Assembly (NCBI GenBank): GCA_964252035.1
Contig: OZ176208.1
Length of the DNA stretch: 64,000 nucleotides
Strand: one strand, 5' to 3'
From: Podarcis erhardii
Lineage: Eukaryota
Part shown: positions 1 to 11,936 of the stretch, piece by piece
Numbering within the stretch: the first letter of the stretch is position 1
Layout of the letters: each line of letters opens with the position of its first letter
Translations under genes and position numbers: made by a program
The notes under the pieces: generated by a model
Told to the model about the DNA's origin: nothing
The model's input: only the letters and a program-made list of their open reading frames with translations
Databases searched by the model: none

Positions 1-674
1 AGTTTGTGGTGGGTTTCTGTGAACTTCTGAAGTTCATTTCCAATCCTGGCATGAGATAACTTTCCCCACACCTCTGTCAGGCACTTTGTTGTGAACTATT
101 AGGCTTCACTTTCTGACAGAGACAAAAAATGAGAATCCAATCTCTTTTAGCTTTACCACTAAAACTTCAAAGACTGCCATCAAACATATATTTTGCACCT
201 GCAGATCTATTTGAGGCTTGAATAGGGGTTTGCCATTTCAAATCGATTTACAGTTGCTCTGTGAATGATATCTTAGGGGAAAGATTAGATAAGCTTGCTT
301 ATATATAGGAGTGAAATTGTATTGAAATCTATGCTGGAACAGAAGATTCTTGTCAGTGTGGAATGTTTGGCTGGCTTGTAATTTTTGTTCTTTATTACAG
401 TGAATGTGCATTGATGATGGCATGAAATAATCTGCCATATGTTGGGATGCAATACAATGAGGCATTATTGCTTTTGTGTATGACATCTGGGGTTACCGTA
501 AACAATGCTGATGGTGAAGTTAATGGCTTGATTAATTTACTTTGCAACAATAAATGTAACAAGGTTGTTGCAGCTGCCTATGAACAATCATTTTATGAGT
601 TAAACTCCTTAGTTTGAATTTAAATTGTTAGTTCTGCTCCCCTTTGTGGAGCAGAATCTTGCTTCATCATCTTC

Positions 675-830
675 CATGTGAGAGCCCTGCTGAAGATGGC
701 TATCATATCTCCTCTCAGTCTCCATTTCTCCAGGCTAAACATATCCAGCTCCCTCAAAAATTTCTCATAAGGCTTGGTTTCCACACCATTTATCATCCTG
801 GTCACTCTCCTTTGCACATTTCCCAGCTGG
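675..830 (-). mobile_element. CR1 LINE fragment (C-terminal ORF2)
   Basis: Minus-strand peptide GNVQRRVTRMINGVETKPYEKFLRELDMFSLEKWRLRGDMIAIF matches the CR1 motif LERVQRRATxMIxGLE..YEERLxELGLFSLEKRRLRGDLI. Confidence 0.85.
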
Positions 831-934
831 TAAAAGTCAGGCATTTGTTTGGTCCTAGGCAGATCCTCTTTAGCATCATGTATTGCCAAAATGCTGTTTT
901 TATTTGGGGTGCGGGGTTGGGCTGGGTGGTATTT

Positions 935-1316
935 GGACCTTGGCACTGTGGGTAAAACCTCAGCGCCTAGGATTTGCCGATCGCATGGTCGGCGGTTCGA
1001 ATCCCCGCGGCGGGGTGCGCTCCCGTCGTTCGGTCCCAGCGCCTGCCAACCTAGCAGTTCGAAAGCACCTCTGGGTGCAAGTAGATAAATAGGGACCGCT
1101 TACCAGCGGGAAGGTAAATGGCGTTCTGTGTGCTGTACTGGCTTGCCTGATGCAGCTTGTCATGCTGGCCACGTGACCCGGAAGTGTCTGCGGACAGCAC
1201 TGGCTATATAGAGTGAGATGAGTGCACAACCCTAGCCTATAGAGTGAGATGAGCGCACAACCCTAGAGTCTGTCAAGACTGGCCCATATGGGCAGGGGTA
1301 CCTTTACCTTTACCTT
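935..1316 (+). mobile_element. Sauria SINE (Squam1), subtype with ACCGCTTACCAGCGGG / GTCAAGACTGGCCC
   Basis: tRNA-like head with B-box GGTTCGAATCC, Sauria core CCTGCCAACCTAGCAGTTCGAAAGCAC, (ACCTTT)n tail; internal 31-bp duplication at 1207-1266. Confidence 0.93.
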
Positions 1317-2399
1317 TTTAAAGTTTTAGCCACCTCCAAGAGTATCTCTTTCTCCATAGCAATCCTACTCCAATATTTCGGGGGGGGGGGGGACACAGAC
1401 ATTTTGAAGTTTGCGGACTTTCTTCCCAGAAACAATAAGGGGCTAAATTCCTTGAGCTGACATATGCTGTTTTTCATTGAGAATCTTGTCATTTGTAATC
1501 CATACCAAAGAATATGTTTTTCCTCCCCTTCTGTGCATTTGTTTCTGTTTCAGAGCCAAACACATACACTGGAATTTTGCCAGTCTAAGAACAGGAAGAC
1601 AGCATCTTCTGGAAGACATGGAGAAAAGGGGAGGGGAGCCTGCATAATCTGTAACCCTGTGGGATGAGAACCTCTCATGGATACAGTGTTAAACTCTCCT
1701 ACTGCTCTCACATGCCTATTTAAGCAGAAATGAAATGGTCTAATTTTAGTTCATAACTGACCTATTTAATTTAACAAAAAAATCAAAAAAATCCTTACAT
1801 CCCCCCACTAAACCCCCACCCACTCTTTCAATTTTGGTGTGTGGGCTTATGCACAACTCTAAACTGAATGCTTTTCCTTTCCCTTTTCTATACAGTTTAC
1901 TTAATAAATCCCAGTGTGTTGTAATTTGCAGCCTTGTTAAATGTGTTTTCCACTGTTTGGAACACTGTGCAGTGTTCCTTTCAGTAGAAGAAGCAGATGG
2001 AAATCTGGAAATCAAATATATATTTTAACAAAAGCAGTTCAAGCTTCTAAAGATGAATAAATAAGGTGCTCGTGTTATGTGTGTGTGTGTGGCTAAAGCA
2101 TAAAACAAATGTGCTGATTATATAAATATGCAGAGTGCTTGATTCTCAAAATAAAAAGAACAAACAATCATCTCTTTCAGAAAAAGGAGCCAAAACTGAG
2201 GTGAAAGAGTTCATTTTTCTGATTACCAGCCTAACAACATCCCCAATGGGTTTAGTGTGCTAGGAAGACTTTTTAAAGCTAAATAGTGACTGAAAATGAG
2301 CAGCCCTTTCTGATATCCTTACATAAATGGAGGAACAATTTTATGTCCCTGGTTTTGGTGCATTTTGGTCCTCAATGAAGAAGTATGAGCAAAATGCGC

Positions 2400-2950
2400 A
2401 AACCATTTAAAAATTATTCCTTTCAAGAGATGAGACAATTCTGATTACCTGGGAATGATGTTTAAATATAATATAATATCTTTAATACGGTCAGTGACCA
2501 GAAAGCAGTTTATAAAAGAAATACGGCATTATAAGCAGTATTGTGCTACAGATAACAGTGGAAATAAGGCCAATTCACAGAATTGGTGCTTATATTTATG
2601 ACCAGGTTTCATCTTTTAAGGTTTTAAAAATTAACTTCAAATGTCGCTACTGTTTAATATCGTTCCTTCGGTGTTTACAATTTGAACTCCGTTGCTGACA
2701 TCATTGCTCGTCTTATTCTTGTTGCAATGTAACAGTACTTTGCCACAGGCCTGTTAATTTCGGGCTCTTTATCGGCTAAGAGGTGTCTGATATAGGTGTC
2801 GTCTGTACTACGAGGTATTAAATAATTAAATAATCATTTGATGAGGGAAGTGAAAAGTTGTGTACGAAACTAAAATATGCTCTTTTCTCTGTAAGTAATA
2901 AGCACACTTATTGAACTTAAGTACATTTGAAAATGGTGAGGATTGCAGCT
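2400..2950. other. candidate conserved non-coding element or very old repeat
   Basis: AT-rich block with no recognisable repeat and about 10 CpGs in 2640-2870, against a CpG-depleted background; no ATG-initiated ORF of 60 aa or more. Confidence 0.4.
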
Positions 2951-3459
2951 AAGTAAATGTGCTTAGCACAAAAGTAACTCGGTACAGTTCAATAGATTTC
3001 TTTTGGTTTATATCTATGCATTTTTCCTTTCCTTTTTTGACATATGAATTAGGACAGCTTTTCATATACTTCAAAGTATGATGGGCAGAAGATAATTTGG
3101 AAGAGGAAAAATGGGAGATATTTGATGCATCCAGAAAGCTCATGTCAGGGCACAGAGGAAATAGATTCCCTCTGCCGTCTTCCCACAACAACTGATTTTC
3201 TGAAGATGGGGAGCAGGATCACCATTGATAGAGCTGCCCTCCATGAATTTGTCAAATCCATTTTAGTAAAGAATTGATTCTGAGGTTTGGATGACTGATA
3301 ACATCTGAAGACTCAGTAAGTCAAAACTAGCTTAACTAATAACATTCAATACTGTGAAAGAGAAATTCATTCTTTTCTTTCTTTCTATTTTGTTCAGTGA
3401 AATCCAGCAGGCACACAAATATCTATCATGCATAAGTTCCCTTGATCTTCTCTGTGCTG

Positions 3460-3513
3460 GGGAGGAGGAGGAGGAGGAGGAGGAGGTGGTGGAAGAGAAG
3501 AAGAAGATGAAGA
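3460..3513 (+). repeat. compound (GAG)n/(AAG)n purine microsatellite
   Basis: GGAGGAGGAGGAGGAGGAGGAGGTGGTGGAAGAGAAGAAGAAGATGAAGAAG read directly. Confidence 0.9.
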
Positions 3514-4105
3514 AGGCAGGACAGATTTTATGTTAGCTCAGGGATTAAAGGTAAAGACCAAGAAGATTCTAAAACTCTTTAAAGACAGCCACTAGTTATT
3601 TTATGCTACCTGACAATAATGAAGAAAGAAAGTTTGACATAAAATAAATTAGAAAAAAATGGGCTGTGCTGAAAAACTAATTATTAACAATGTAAACTGA
3701 CAGACTGAAGAGCGTCACAGTTTCACAGTTAATGAACAATACTGCAGAGCTTGAATTAAAATCCTTTTCTAAAGATGCAAAGACAATTTGACATATTCAG
3801 GAGCCCCCCTGGTATCTACGTTTACTTTATTTTATTTCCTTTGGTGACTAATCCACCACCACTTCCACAACAATGATTAGTTCATTAATTAAATCTCTTG
3901 TTTTGTTTTCCTTATTTAAATAATACTGGCAGTTCTTTCAGGGCCAAACTAAGCATGAAAGTGGAGATGAGGAAATGCATCTCTGCTCCCTTTAAATCAG
4001 GGACCCGATGGCTGCATTAATCTTTGGCCAACCCTACAGTGGCCACATGCTGCCGGTGGGTATGGTCAACACACCCTTTTTCACAGTCCCTCACCTACAC
4101 ATGTA

Positions 4106-4347
4106 CAGTGGTACCTCGGGTTACATACACTTCAGGTTACATACGTGTCAGGTTATAGACTCTGCTAACCCAGAAATAGTACCTTGCGTTAAGAACTTTG
4201 CTCCAGGAGGAGAACAGAAATCATGCTGCGGCAGCATGGCAGCAGCAGGAGGCCCCATTAGCTAAAGTGGTGCTTCAGGTTAAGAACAGTTTCAGGTTAA
4301 GAACAGACCTCTGGAATGAATTAAGTACTTAACCTGAGGTACCACTA
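4106..4347. mobile_element. Tc1/mariner (Tigger-like) MITE
   Basis: TIRs CAGTGGTACCTC...GAGGTACCACTA, flanked by TA at 4104-4105 and 4348-4349; near-identical copies at 29841 and 48610. Confidence 0.9.
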
Positions 4348-4869
4348 TACACACAAACCACACAGGCACAGACCCCGCCTTCCTCAGCTGACTCATGCAG
4401 ATCAGCTGAGGAGAAAGGCTATTGCTCCCTTCTGCTCATCAAATGATCCGACTGATGAGTTGAGAGGGCATGATTTGCATCTCCATCAGGGCTCCAGGCT
4501 CTGCCCACCCCCAGCACTGTGCCTACTTTGTTTTCTTTTCTACAGTCACTGCCAAAATTGGTGGGATCTTGCATGGCCTGATTAGGCCTTTGAACTAGGT
4601 TTAGCCACCCCTATTTTAAATGTTTGCAAATAGCAATCAGGAGAGAGGGAAGATCCACAACAGGATCATAAGAAGGAGGAGGTTAACTCTTTCACACTGT
4701 GCCATTTTCTCAGGGAAAATTCCTCCCTCCCAAAGCTGCTATTTGCCCTAATTATAGTCTTCCCCTTTGGAGGATTAAGCTTGGGATTCAACATGGGAGA
4801 GGGAATTCCCTCAGAGCCAGCCCCACGTATATATATTCAATTAGAAGCACTTGCACTAGAGGAGCTCAT

Positions 4870-5160
4870 TGTGTCATTGCCTGGTCTGAGGAAACTGCAT
4901 TGTCTTCGTCTGATTCAGATGACTCCAGCTCAGAATCCCTAGTGGAACCACAGTTTCCTCACTCCATCGGAGTCAATGACAGATAAAACAGGCTGAGTCC
5001 CTTTAAATTATGAGACTCCTCTCACTGAAGATGGAGCTAATAACTGAGAAAGAGCTGCAACTCACATTTAAGACTCAGTTCTGAGGATAATTGCTGCTGA
5101 AGCAACATCTGAATTCTGATCTTATACATTCTCCAGCCTGAGCTGTCCAAGGTACCACTG
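4870..5160 (+). mobile_element. possible degenerate LTR-like element
   Basis: Starts TGTCATTGCCTGGTCTGAGG followed by an acidic/Ser-rich pseudo-coding tract and TTTAAAT, loosely like squamate solo LTRs; no TSD found. Confidence 0.25.
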
Positions 5161-5419
5161 AAACCCCACCTCTGTACTGCTGAGACCATTGCTCAAAACA
5201 CAGCAGTCTTATTCTAAAAAATATATCTGCATGCAAAATGATGTGCATGAAGAAAATAGCAGCTTGGGGGGTGGGGCAGAGAGTTATCAGGATAGAGACA
5301 GGGAGGGGAAAAATTGGCATCCCCTACTTTCCAATCCTTTCCAGTCTGAATAATCATATTTCTCTTCAGATCTTAAAGCAAGTTTCAATAATATTGAGAT
5401 GTACCCATCATCACATTTA

Positions 5420-5503
5420 GTTGGGCTTTCAATCTTGGGTTGCTTTTGGTCCTGATTGCGAGACGGGCGGGACATTAAATCAATCAATCAATCAATCAAT
5501 CAA
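5420..5503 (+). repeat. L2-type 3' tail ending in (CAAT)n
   Basis: GGGCGGGACATTAAAT followed by (CAAT)6 resembles the L2/SINE 3' motif GGCGGGATATAAAT plus simple-repeat tail. Confidence 0.55.
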
Positions 5504-5987
5504 ATATAAAATAAACGACTACTCAAATCAGAAGATTAAGAATAAGAAACTCAAATCCCACTCAGTTATTGTGACAATAGCAAGATGTTCTGTCTTACAC
5601 AATATGAGGTGACAACTGAAGACTGAAATCATTGATACAGCATGCCTGCTCCAACAGGTAATTTGCTTTGCAAAATCTGTCATAAGATGTGCGTGTTTTG
5701 AAGAAACTAAAAAGCATTATTCCTAAAAGAGGTAAAGTGGGATTCTGTGTTGATATTTTCACCTCCAAATCTATTTGTACCAGACAAAGTAATAAGGGGT
5801 GTCCCCTCTGCTGTCTTAAAGCAATACTCTTGACAACATAATGAAACTGATACCTGGAAACATGTCAAAAGAGTGTTCATTACTGTGTCTCTAGAGATCA
5901 ATTCGTCTTCCATGCTTTGCAGGCTACGGTTTCAAAGAGAGAGAGCTGCAATTCTTGGGCCACCACCTCTGGACTAATTAGGTTACC

Positions 5988-5990
<3 letters not shown>

Positions 5991-6020
<30 letters not shown>
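5991..6020 (+). repeat. (AC)15 microsatellite
   Basis: Read directly. Confidence 0.97.
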
Positions 6021-6022
<2 letters not shown>

Positions 6023-6229
6023 TTCAAAAGGTGATTAGATAAATCCATGGAGAATTTGGGAGCTGCCTATCACGACAGCTATATTACCTCCAGTATCAGA
6101 GGCAGCAGACCTTTGAACACCATTTACTGCAGATCACAATTGGGGAGAATGCTGTTACACTCAGGTCCTGCCTGTAGGTTTCCATATGCAGCTGCTCAGC
6201 CACAGGACACTGGAATATACAGGCCTTTA

Positions 6230-6425
6230 TTATTTTATTATTTATCCATTGCATTTATATCCCACCTTTTTCTCTAAAGAACTCAGTATGGTATACATTT
6301 TTCTCCTCCTCAATCCACACAACAACCCTGTGAGGTAAATTAGACTGAGAGGCAGCGACTGGTCCAAGGTCACTCAGTGGCCAAGTAAGGATTTCAACCC
6401 TGGTCTCCCATCCCAACTGCCAACT
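6230..6425 (-). mobile_element. old L2-tailed tRNA SINE (Squam3/MIR-like)
   Basis: Degenerate ATTTATATCCCACC...ACAACCCTGTGAGGT...CAAGGTCAC...AACCCTGGTCTCCC, colinear with the younger copies at 17.3, 20.9 and 38.3 kb. Confidence 0.7.
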
Positions 6426-6829
6426 CAGTCTGCCTGGTGATAAGAGTGGCCCTGCCTTGATTGCTGTAACACCAATGGATGAACTGCATGTGAAAATCAG
6501 CCATCACAGCACGAACGCCATAGACATGTAGCTTTAAACACCACCTGGAATCCAGTGCTTCAGTGGAGGAAATATGTGGAGTCATCTTCCAGTCATTAAC
6601 TAAGCTCTGAGAAACCCAATTATGTGCACACAGGTATGCACATAGTTAAATTGTAGTTTATATTTATACTTCTTTTCAGCTGAAACAGCCCTTGAAATGG
6701 CTCACAAAGTTAAAATACAGCACCAAAAAGTAAACCAAGAAAATATAAATTGCAAATGAACTGAATCCAAAACAGTAGCATCAGATAACATAAGATATGC
6801 AAAATCACAGGGCCAGAACAATGATTCAA

Positions 6830-7325
6830 TTTCCATTAAAAATATTGTTGAAAGAGAACAATAACTCCTTATTCAACAAAAGAGGAGAAAATCCTTAGCA
6901 TGATTTCCAAGAGTCCCAAAGACAGGGTACTATTCTAGAGAAAGCCTACTTCTGCATATCTACCAGCCTAACCTCAAACTATGATGGGATGTACAGATCA
7001 GAGACCCTTAGGAAGATTTCAACTGGTGTCAGTATTGTATGGAAACAGACACTTGGGGCCTAAGATAAGACATTCTTAGTGGAGGCACCTCAGCTGCAGA
7101 ACTCCCTCCCAAGGGAAACCAGGTGGTCCTTTACTCAAAAAACACATAAAGACTTTTTATTTTATTCAGAGTTTTGGCCAGTGGTTTTATAACGTGTTTG
7201 TAGTCCTAGTTTTAACTGCTGCCTTCAATATGTTGTTTTAATGTAATTTTTATTACTGTGAACCAATCTGGGTCATGTTGGGGAGGCAGGACAGGTTATA
7301 AAAATTTGAAAAAATAATAATAAAC
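6830..7325. mobile_element. degenerate L2 3' fragments (minus piece to ~7060, plus piece after)
   Basis: Left part resembles reverse L2 3' ORF/UTR (CTAGAGAAAGCC, CAGAGACC); right part GGCACCTCAGCTGCAGAACTCCCTCCC...TGTGAACC...AAATAATAATAAA is a plus-strand L2 end. Confidence 0.5.
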
Positions 7326-7495
7326 ATCACCATGTGTACAGCCGAGCTTTGCACAGGATATCACAGATGTGAATCACCAACTTGAGCCCTAGACTCTTGC
7401 ATTTCATGCCTTTTGTACTCAAGTGTTCATTATTTTTTCCTCTATAGACCCATGTTATATCTTTATTCATACATCTGTCAACTAGATATATAGCC

Positions 7496-7617
7496 CGGGC
7501 TTCCTCAACTTCAGCCCTCCAGATATTCCCATCATCCCTGACCACTGGTCCTGCTAGCTAGGGATCATGGGAGTTGTAGGCCAAAAACATCTGGAGGGCC
7601 GAGGCTGAGGAAGCCTG
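7496..7617. mobile_element. hAT-type foldback MITE
   Basis: TIRs CGGGCTTCCTCA / TGAGGAAGCCTG and an exact 8-bp TSD ATATAGCC at 7488-7495 and 7618-7625. Confidence 0.92.
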
Positions 7618-7699
7618 ATATAGCCCATCATGCATCTGTTGGAAAAGGACTATAGTCCACACATTTTTATACCTTGATAAATCTGTTAAATCTCAGGGC

Positions 7700-7830
7700 A
7701 GCCTTCCCAAACCTGCTATCCTCCTGATGTTTTAGGCTACAACTCTTCTCATCTTGGATCATTGTCTGTGCTGCCTAGGGTTGATGGGAACTGTAATCCA
7801 AAACATCTGGAAGGCACAAGAATAGGGGGA
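7700..7830. mobile_element. older copy of the same hAT foldback MITE family
   Basis: CCTGATGTTTTAGGCTACAACTC...GATGGGAACTGTAATCCAAAACATCTGG; further decayed copies near 33535-33640, 39950-40085, 42350-42420 and 53640-53770. Confidence 0.65.
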
Positions 7831-8489
7831 AAATGCTTTAAGATATCACAAGACTCTTCTTTGTAAGCTTGCTGTTCTTTCTTTAGACTGCACTCCTAAA
7901 CACACATAAAGGTTAAGCCCAACTGGAACTCTCTTCTAAGTAAACATACCTAGGAGGATGCTATCAATTACATTACTTAGTGTCTCAGGGACTTATCTAG
8001 AGCCTCAGCAGAAGGAGGCTCATACCTTTTGAACAGTGTCAAAGCCTTCATTGGAACTGCCAAACTAACACCCTCCATCAGTGAAGGGTGATTAGTTGGT
8101 AGAGAGCAGCTGCCATATTACTTAAATGATGGAAGCATTGCTGGAGGAAATTAGTGTGATCCTGGATTCTTCTGACAGTTTGGAATTCAGTATTAATATC
8201 TGTCATTTGAAGTTCTCTTGAACATGTTGTACTAAGCTGTAAAGGCAGCCTTGAATACTCATATTTATATTTGGCACCCCAAAAGCTTAAGTCAGTGAGC
8301 AGATATTGAAATGACAAAGAGCAATAAAAGATTACAGCAGTGATGGCAAGACAAAACAGGAGATAACAGAGAGAGCAAAAATCTAATCCCTATCTTGTTC
8401 CAAAATATTGGCTAAGTATTTTTTCAGAAGGTGTAATAGGAATTTTGTAATGTTACCAGGATTTCCATCAATGTGAAAAAGCTACATTT

Positions 8490-8682
8490 TTTTAACTCCT
8501 CAAAACCGGAAGTAGGTGTTCCGGTTAGCAAACTTTATCTCGGTCTATGAACGGAAGCCGAACAGTGGAAGGGCACTGCCAGCGGCAGCCTCATTAAGGA
8601 AAGTGCGCCTCATTTTAAGAACAACTTTGGTTTAAGAATGGACTTCCAGAATGGATTAAGTTCGTAAACTGAGGTACCACTC
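8490..8682. mobile_element. partial Tigger-like MITE (right half)
   Basis: Ends TTAAGTTCGTAAACTGAGGTACCAC like the 4106 family; no left TIR seen. Confidence 0.7.
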
Positions 8683-9050
8683 TATTTTTGAAAATCGATC
8701 CAAGAACTAGATACAATTCCAAATGAGGCGTCACTCGTGTCTTGCATAATGTTATTAATTCTGTTTCATTGCTACTGAAAATGCCAAGTTTAATACATCT
8801 AAGAATCTGGTGGTGTGACTAGTTGTATATATCATCTAAGATATCTGCCCTGGTTGGGCATGGGATTATTTTCAGTGCAGACTCATAGTCACACCATACA
8901 TTTAAAGCACAAAGGTATCAAATTAGGAAGTCACAGCTTCCACCCAATATATGAAGCCGGGAGTCTCCCATACCCATTTTTAAACCCTGATTTTCCATGG
9001 TTCTGAAATACATGTAAAGGAGGCTCCTCTTCGTGGATTCTTCCTATGAT

Positions 9051-9407
9051 AAAGGTAAAGGGACCCCTGACCATTAGGTCCTGTCATGACCAACTCTGGG
9101 GTTGCGGCACTCATTTCGCTTTATTGGCCAAGGGAGCCGGCTTACAGCTTCCGGGTCATGTGGCCAGCATGACTAAGCCGCTTCTGGTGAACCAGAGCAG
9201 CGCACGGAAATGCCATTTACCTTCCTGCCGGAGCGGTACCTATTTATCTACTTGCACTTTGACATGCTTTCGAACTGCTAGGTTGGCAGGAGCAGGGACT
9301 GAGCAATGGGAGCTCACCCCGTTGTGGGGATTCGAACCGCCAACCTTCTGATCGGAAGCCCTAGGCTCTGTGGTTTAACCCACAGTGGTTTAACCCACCC
9401 GCGTCCC
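9051..9407 (-). mobile_element. full-length Sauria SINE (Podarcis-type subtype)
   Basis: Reverse of GGGACGCGGG...GGTTCGAATCCCC...CCTTTACCTTT; 14-bp TSD ATTCTTCCTATRAT at 9037-9050 and 9408-9421 with one mismatch. Confidence 0.95.
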
Positions 9408-9552
9408 ATTCTTCCTATAATACATGGAGGCAACTGGAACAATGATGGGTGGAGGAAAGAGGTAACTGTTTTCTTGTTGCTCACATATTGACCTAAACCT
9501 AGTGCAGAATTCCTGAAGAGGGCTACCGTTACACAAACACACTTCATCAGCA

Positions 9553-9554
<2 letters not shown>

Positions 9555-9622
<68 letters not shown>
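9555..9622 (+). repeat. compound (TC)n(TG)n microsatellite
   Basis: Read directly. Confidence 0.96.
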
Positions 9623-9669
9623 GTTTTTTTAATATTTTAAAAATACATGGATTAAGGGCAGACTTTAAC

Positions 9670-9850
9670 TAGACAGCATCTGCACTACACATTTAAAGCA
9701 GTATCATCTGACTCCAAACAGGCATGGCTTCCCCCAAAGCATCCTGGGAACTGTAGTTTGTTAAGGGTGCTGAGAGTTGTTAGGAGACCACTATTCCCTT
9801 CACAGAGCTACAATTCTCAGAGTGGTTTAATGATCAAATCCATCTTCACA
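9670..9850. mobile_element. non-autonomous foldback element with core CCCAAAGAATCCTGGGAACTGTAGTTT
   Basis: The core recurs at about 12165-12270, 32870-33000 (reverse), 39630-39730, 45225-45320 (reverse) and 50953-51060. Confidence 0.7.
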
Positions 9851-11860
9851 GGGAACTCTCAAGTTTTATTCAAGTTATAACAAAGATCATATTCTATTGG
9901 GTCCAATTTGGACTCACAAAGGACTCATGGGATGACACTTATCATGGCCTATACTATACCAATTCAGGCTGTGTGTGTGTGTGCTGTGGAAAAGAGGATG
10001 TTTCATGAATGGGCCCTGAAGGAAGAAACATCGTTGCTTGTAGAAAAATTGCAGGCTATGAGACTAGGCTAGCTTGCCCTTGAGGTGCTCGTAGTCTCTA
10101 TGCACTGAGAATTTCATTTTTCATGGAGAGACATTCAGTCTTGTCACCTGCCCATGCTTGCAGCTTGAGGTTTTGTAGCCTAGAAAACATTTTGCCACTT
10201 CATGATACCAATTCAATAAACTGTTCCTTAGTGCCCATTATGGAAGGTATTATAAGAGGTATTAAATTTTAGTGTAATAGCAAAGCAGACTGAAGCACCC
10301 TTTTATCCGTTACAGTTTGTGCCTGTTGTACATAGTTATATCCTCAATAAATATATGACAGGACAATCTATTTAAATGAGAAGGAACAAGGGGCATAGAG
10401 GTTCAAATCTCAGATTCATTCTGGAGAAGCTTTATGTTGCTCCATTACAAAAACAGAGACTGGAGTTTAAAAACAGGATGTTGGTTAATCTCAGCTCTGG
10501 GAAACCAGGCAGCTGATTTTCTCAGTTTCAACAAGCAGGTGTTGACTTTGCAGCAGGAATACACAGAACAATATGCAGTCTAGGAATTGAGGGGGATATA
10601 GTCTGATGAGTTCAATATGCCTCAGGAACAGCAAAAGGCACAGCGGCAAAATGCAAACGTGACAAAAATATGCACTTGTGTATAGCATATGCAAATAGCC
10701 AAGTCCTCTCCCACACATCTATTTGCATTCCAAGAGGCTTTTTACACATGCAAATATCCGTGAAGTCATACAGCTTGTCTGCTGATATAAGATAACAGTT
10801 TGATTTAAACTCTGTTAAGTGTGGACCTTCCTGTAAAAATCTACTAAATCTACACACAGTATCTGGAAAACACAATCACTCTGGGATTAATTCAGGCTAG
10901 ATTCCTTGCACAAAGGAATATATTCATTGAAAGTGACAAGAACATAATGAGACACCCCTCCCCCTTAAACATGTGCACAGGGGGCTGATCGCCTTTCAGG
11001 GCTTTTGTTTTTAGTGAAAATACCCACATTCCTCTCAGCCTGGTGCTGCTATTGGTGAAATAGCCATCTCTCCCCCCCACCTTTCTTTTTCTGAGAAATA
11101 AAATTCAGGGAATTGTTTATTTATTTAAATGTTTACACGCCACACTTTGATGAAAAAAGACAACACAGTGGTATGCCTAAGAACGCAACACCAAAATAAG
11201 ATCAGTAGAAGCATAAATTAAATGTTGCCTGGTAATAGAAATTCACATCTCAAATGCCTTTCTGAACACAAGAAGGCAGGGATGATTCTGGCTGAACCTC
11301 TACTGGTTCCACAGGGCAGGGTCATTCGTGCTAAGTAGAGGCCAACCAAATTTCAGGGGTTTGCAGAACCACAAGGAAACCTCCATCAGAGGACCTCAGT
11401 GATAGTGGTGTAACATAGGGTCAATGTATTAACTGATCAAACTGAGATCAACTACAAGCACTGCCCCACTTTAATAAGGAGGGCATGTGAGGGGTGGGGT
11501 GGGGGGAGAGACTCACATGCACTGCTGGGGCTGCTGCCTGGAAGTAGCTCATGGCTTTATCACTCATAACTTGATATTCTCCCAAATATGGAATGATGAT
11601 CTCCCCTTGCAAATGGGCCAAGTCTATACTGTTATAATTTATTACTAATGCAGTTAATGATGATGAAAGGGGCTAGAGATAACCATTTACTAACTGGAAA
11701 CCACCCCAGTGTGCATGTAACTACTAGATAAACTGGTTGAGTCCACACAGATGACCAAACCAGGGTAGCTTGGTAATCTATATCATCCTGTGAAATGTGA
11801 AAAAGAATTAACAAGGTGCAGATGTACAGTAAAATGTGTGGTTAAAAAATGTGTGGTTGT

Positions 11861-11936
11861 TGTTAGCCGCCCTGAGCCCGGCTTCGGCTGGGGAGGGCGG
11901 GATATAAATAAAATTTATTATTATTATTATTATTAT
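11861..11936 (+). mobile_element. young L2 3' end with (ATT)n tail
   Basis: GTTGTTAGCCGCCCTGAGCCCGGCTTCGGCTGGGGAGGGCGGGATATAAATAAAATTT(ATT)n; near-identical reverse copy at about 60590-60650. Confidence 0.8.

Noticed and set aside
2640-2870. Mitochondrial insertion (NUMT)
   Set aside because: No recognisable mitochondrial protein, rRNA or tRNA motif and no typical mtDNA strand bias.
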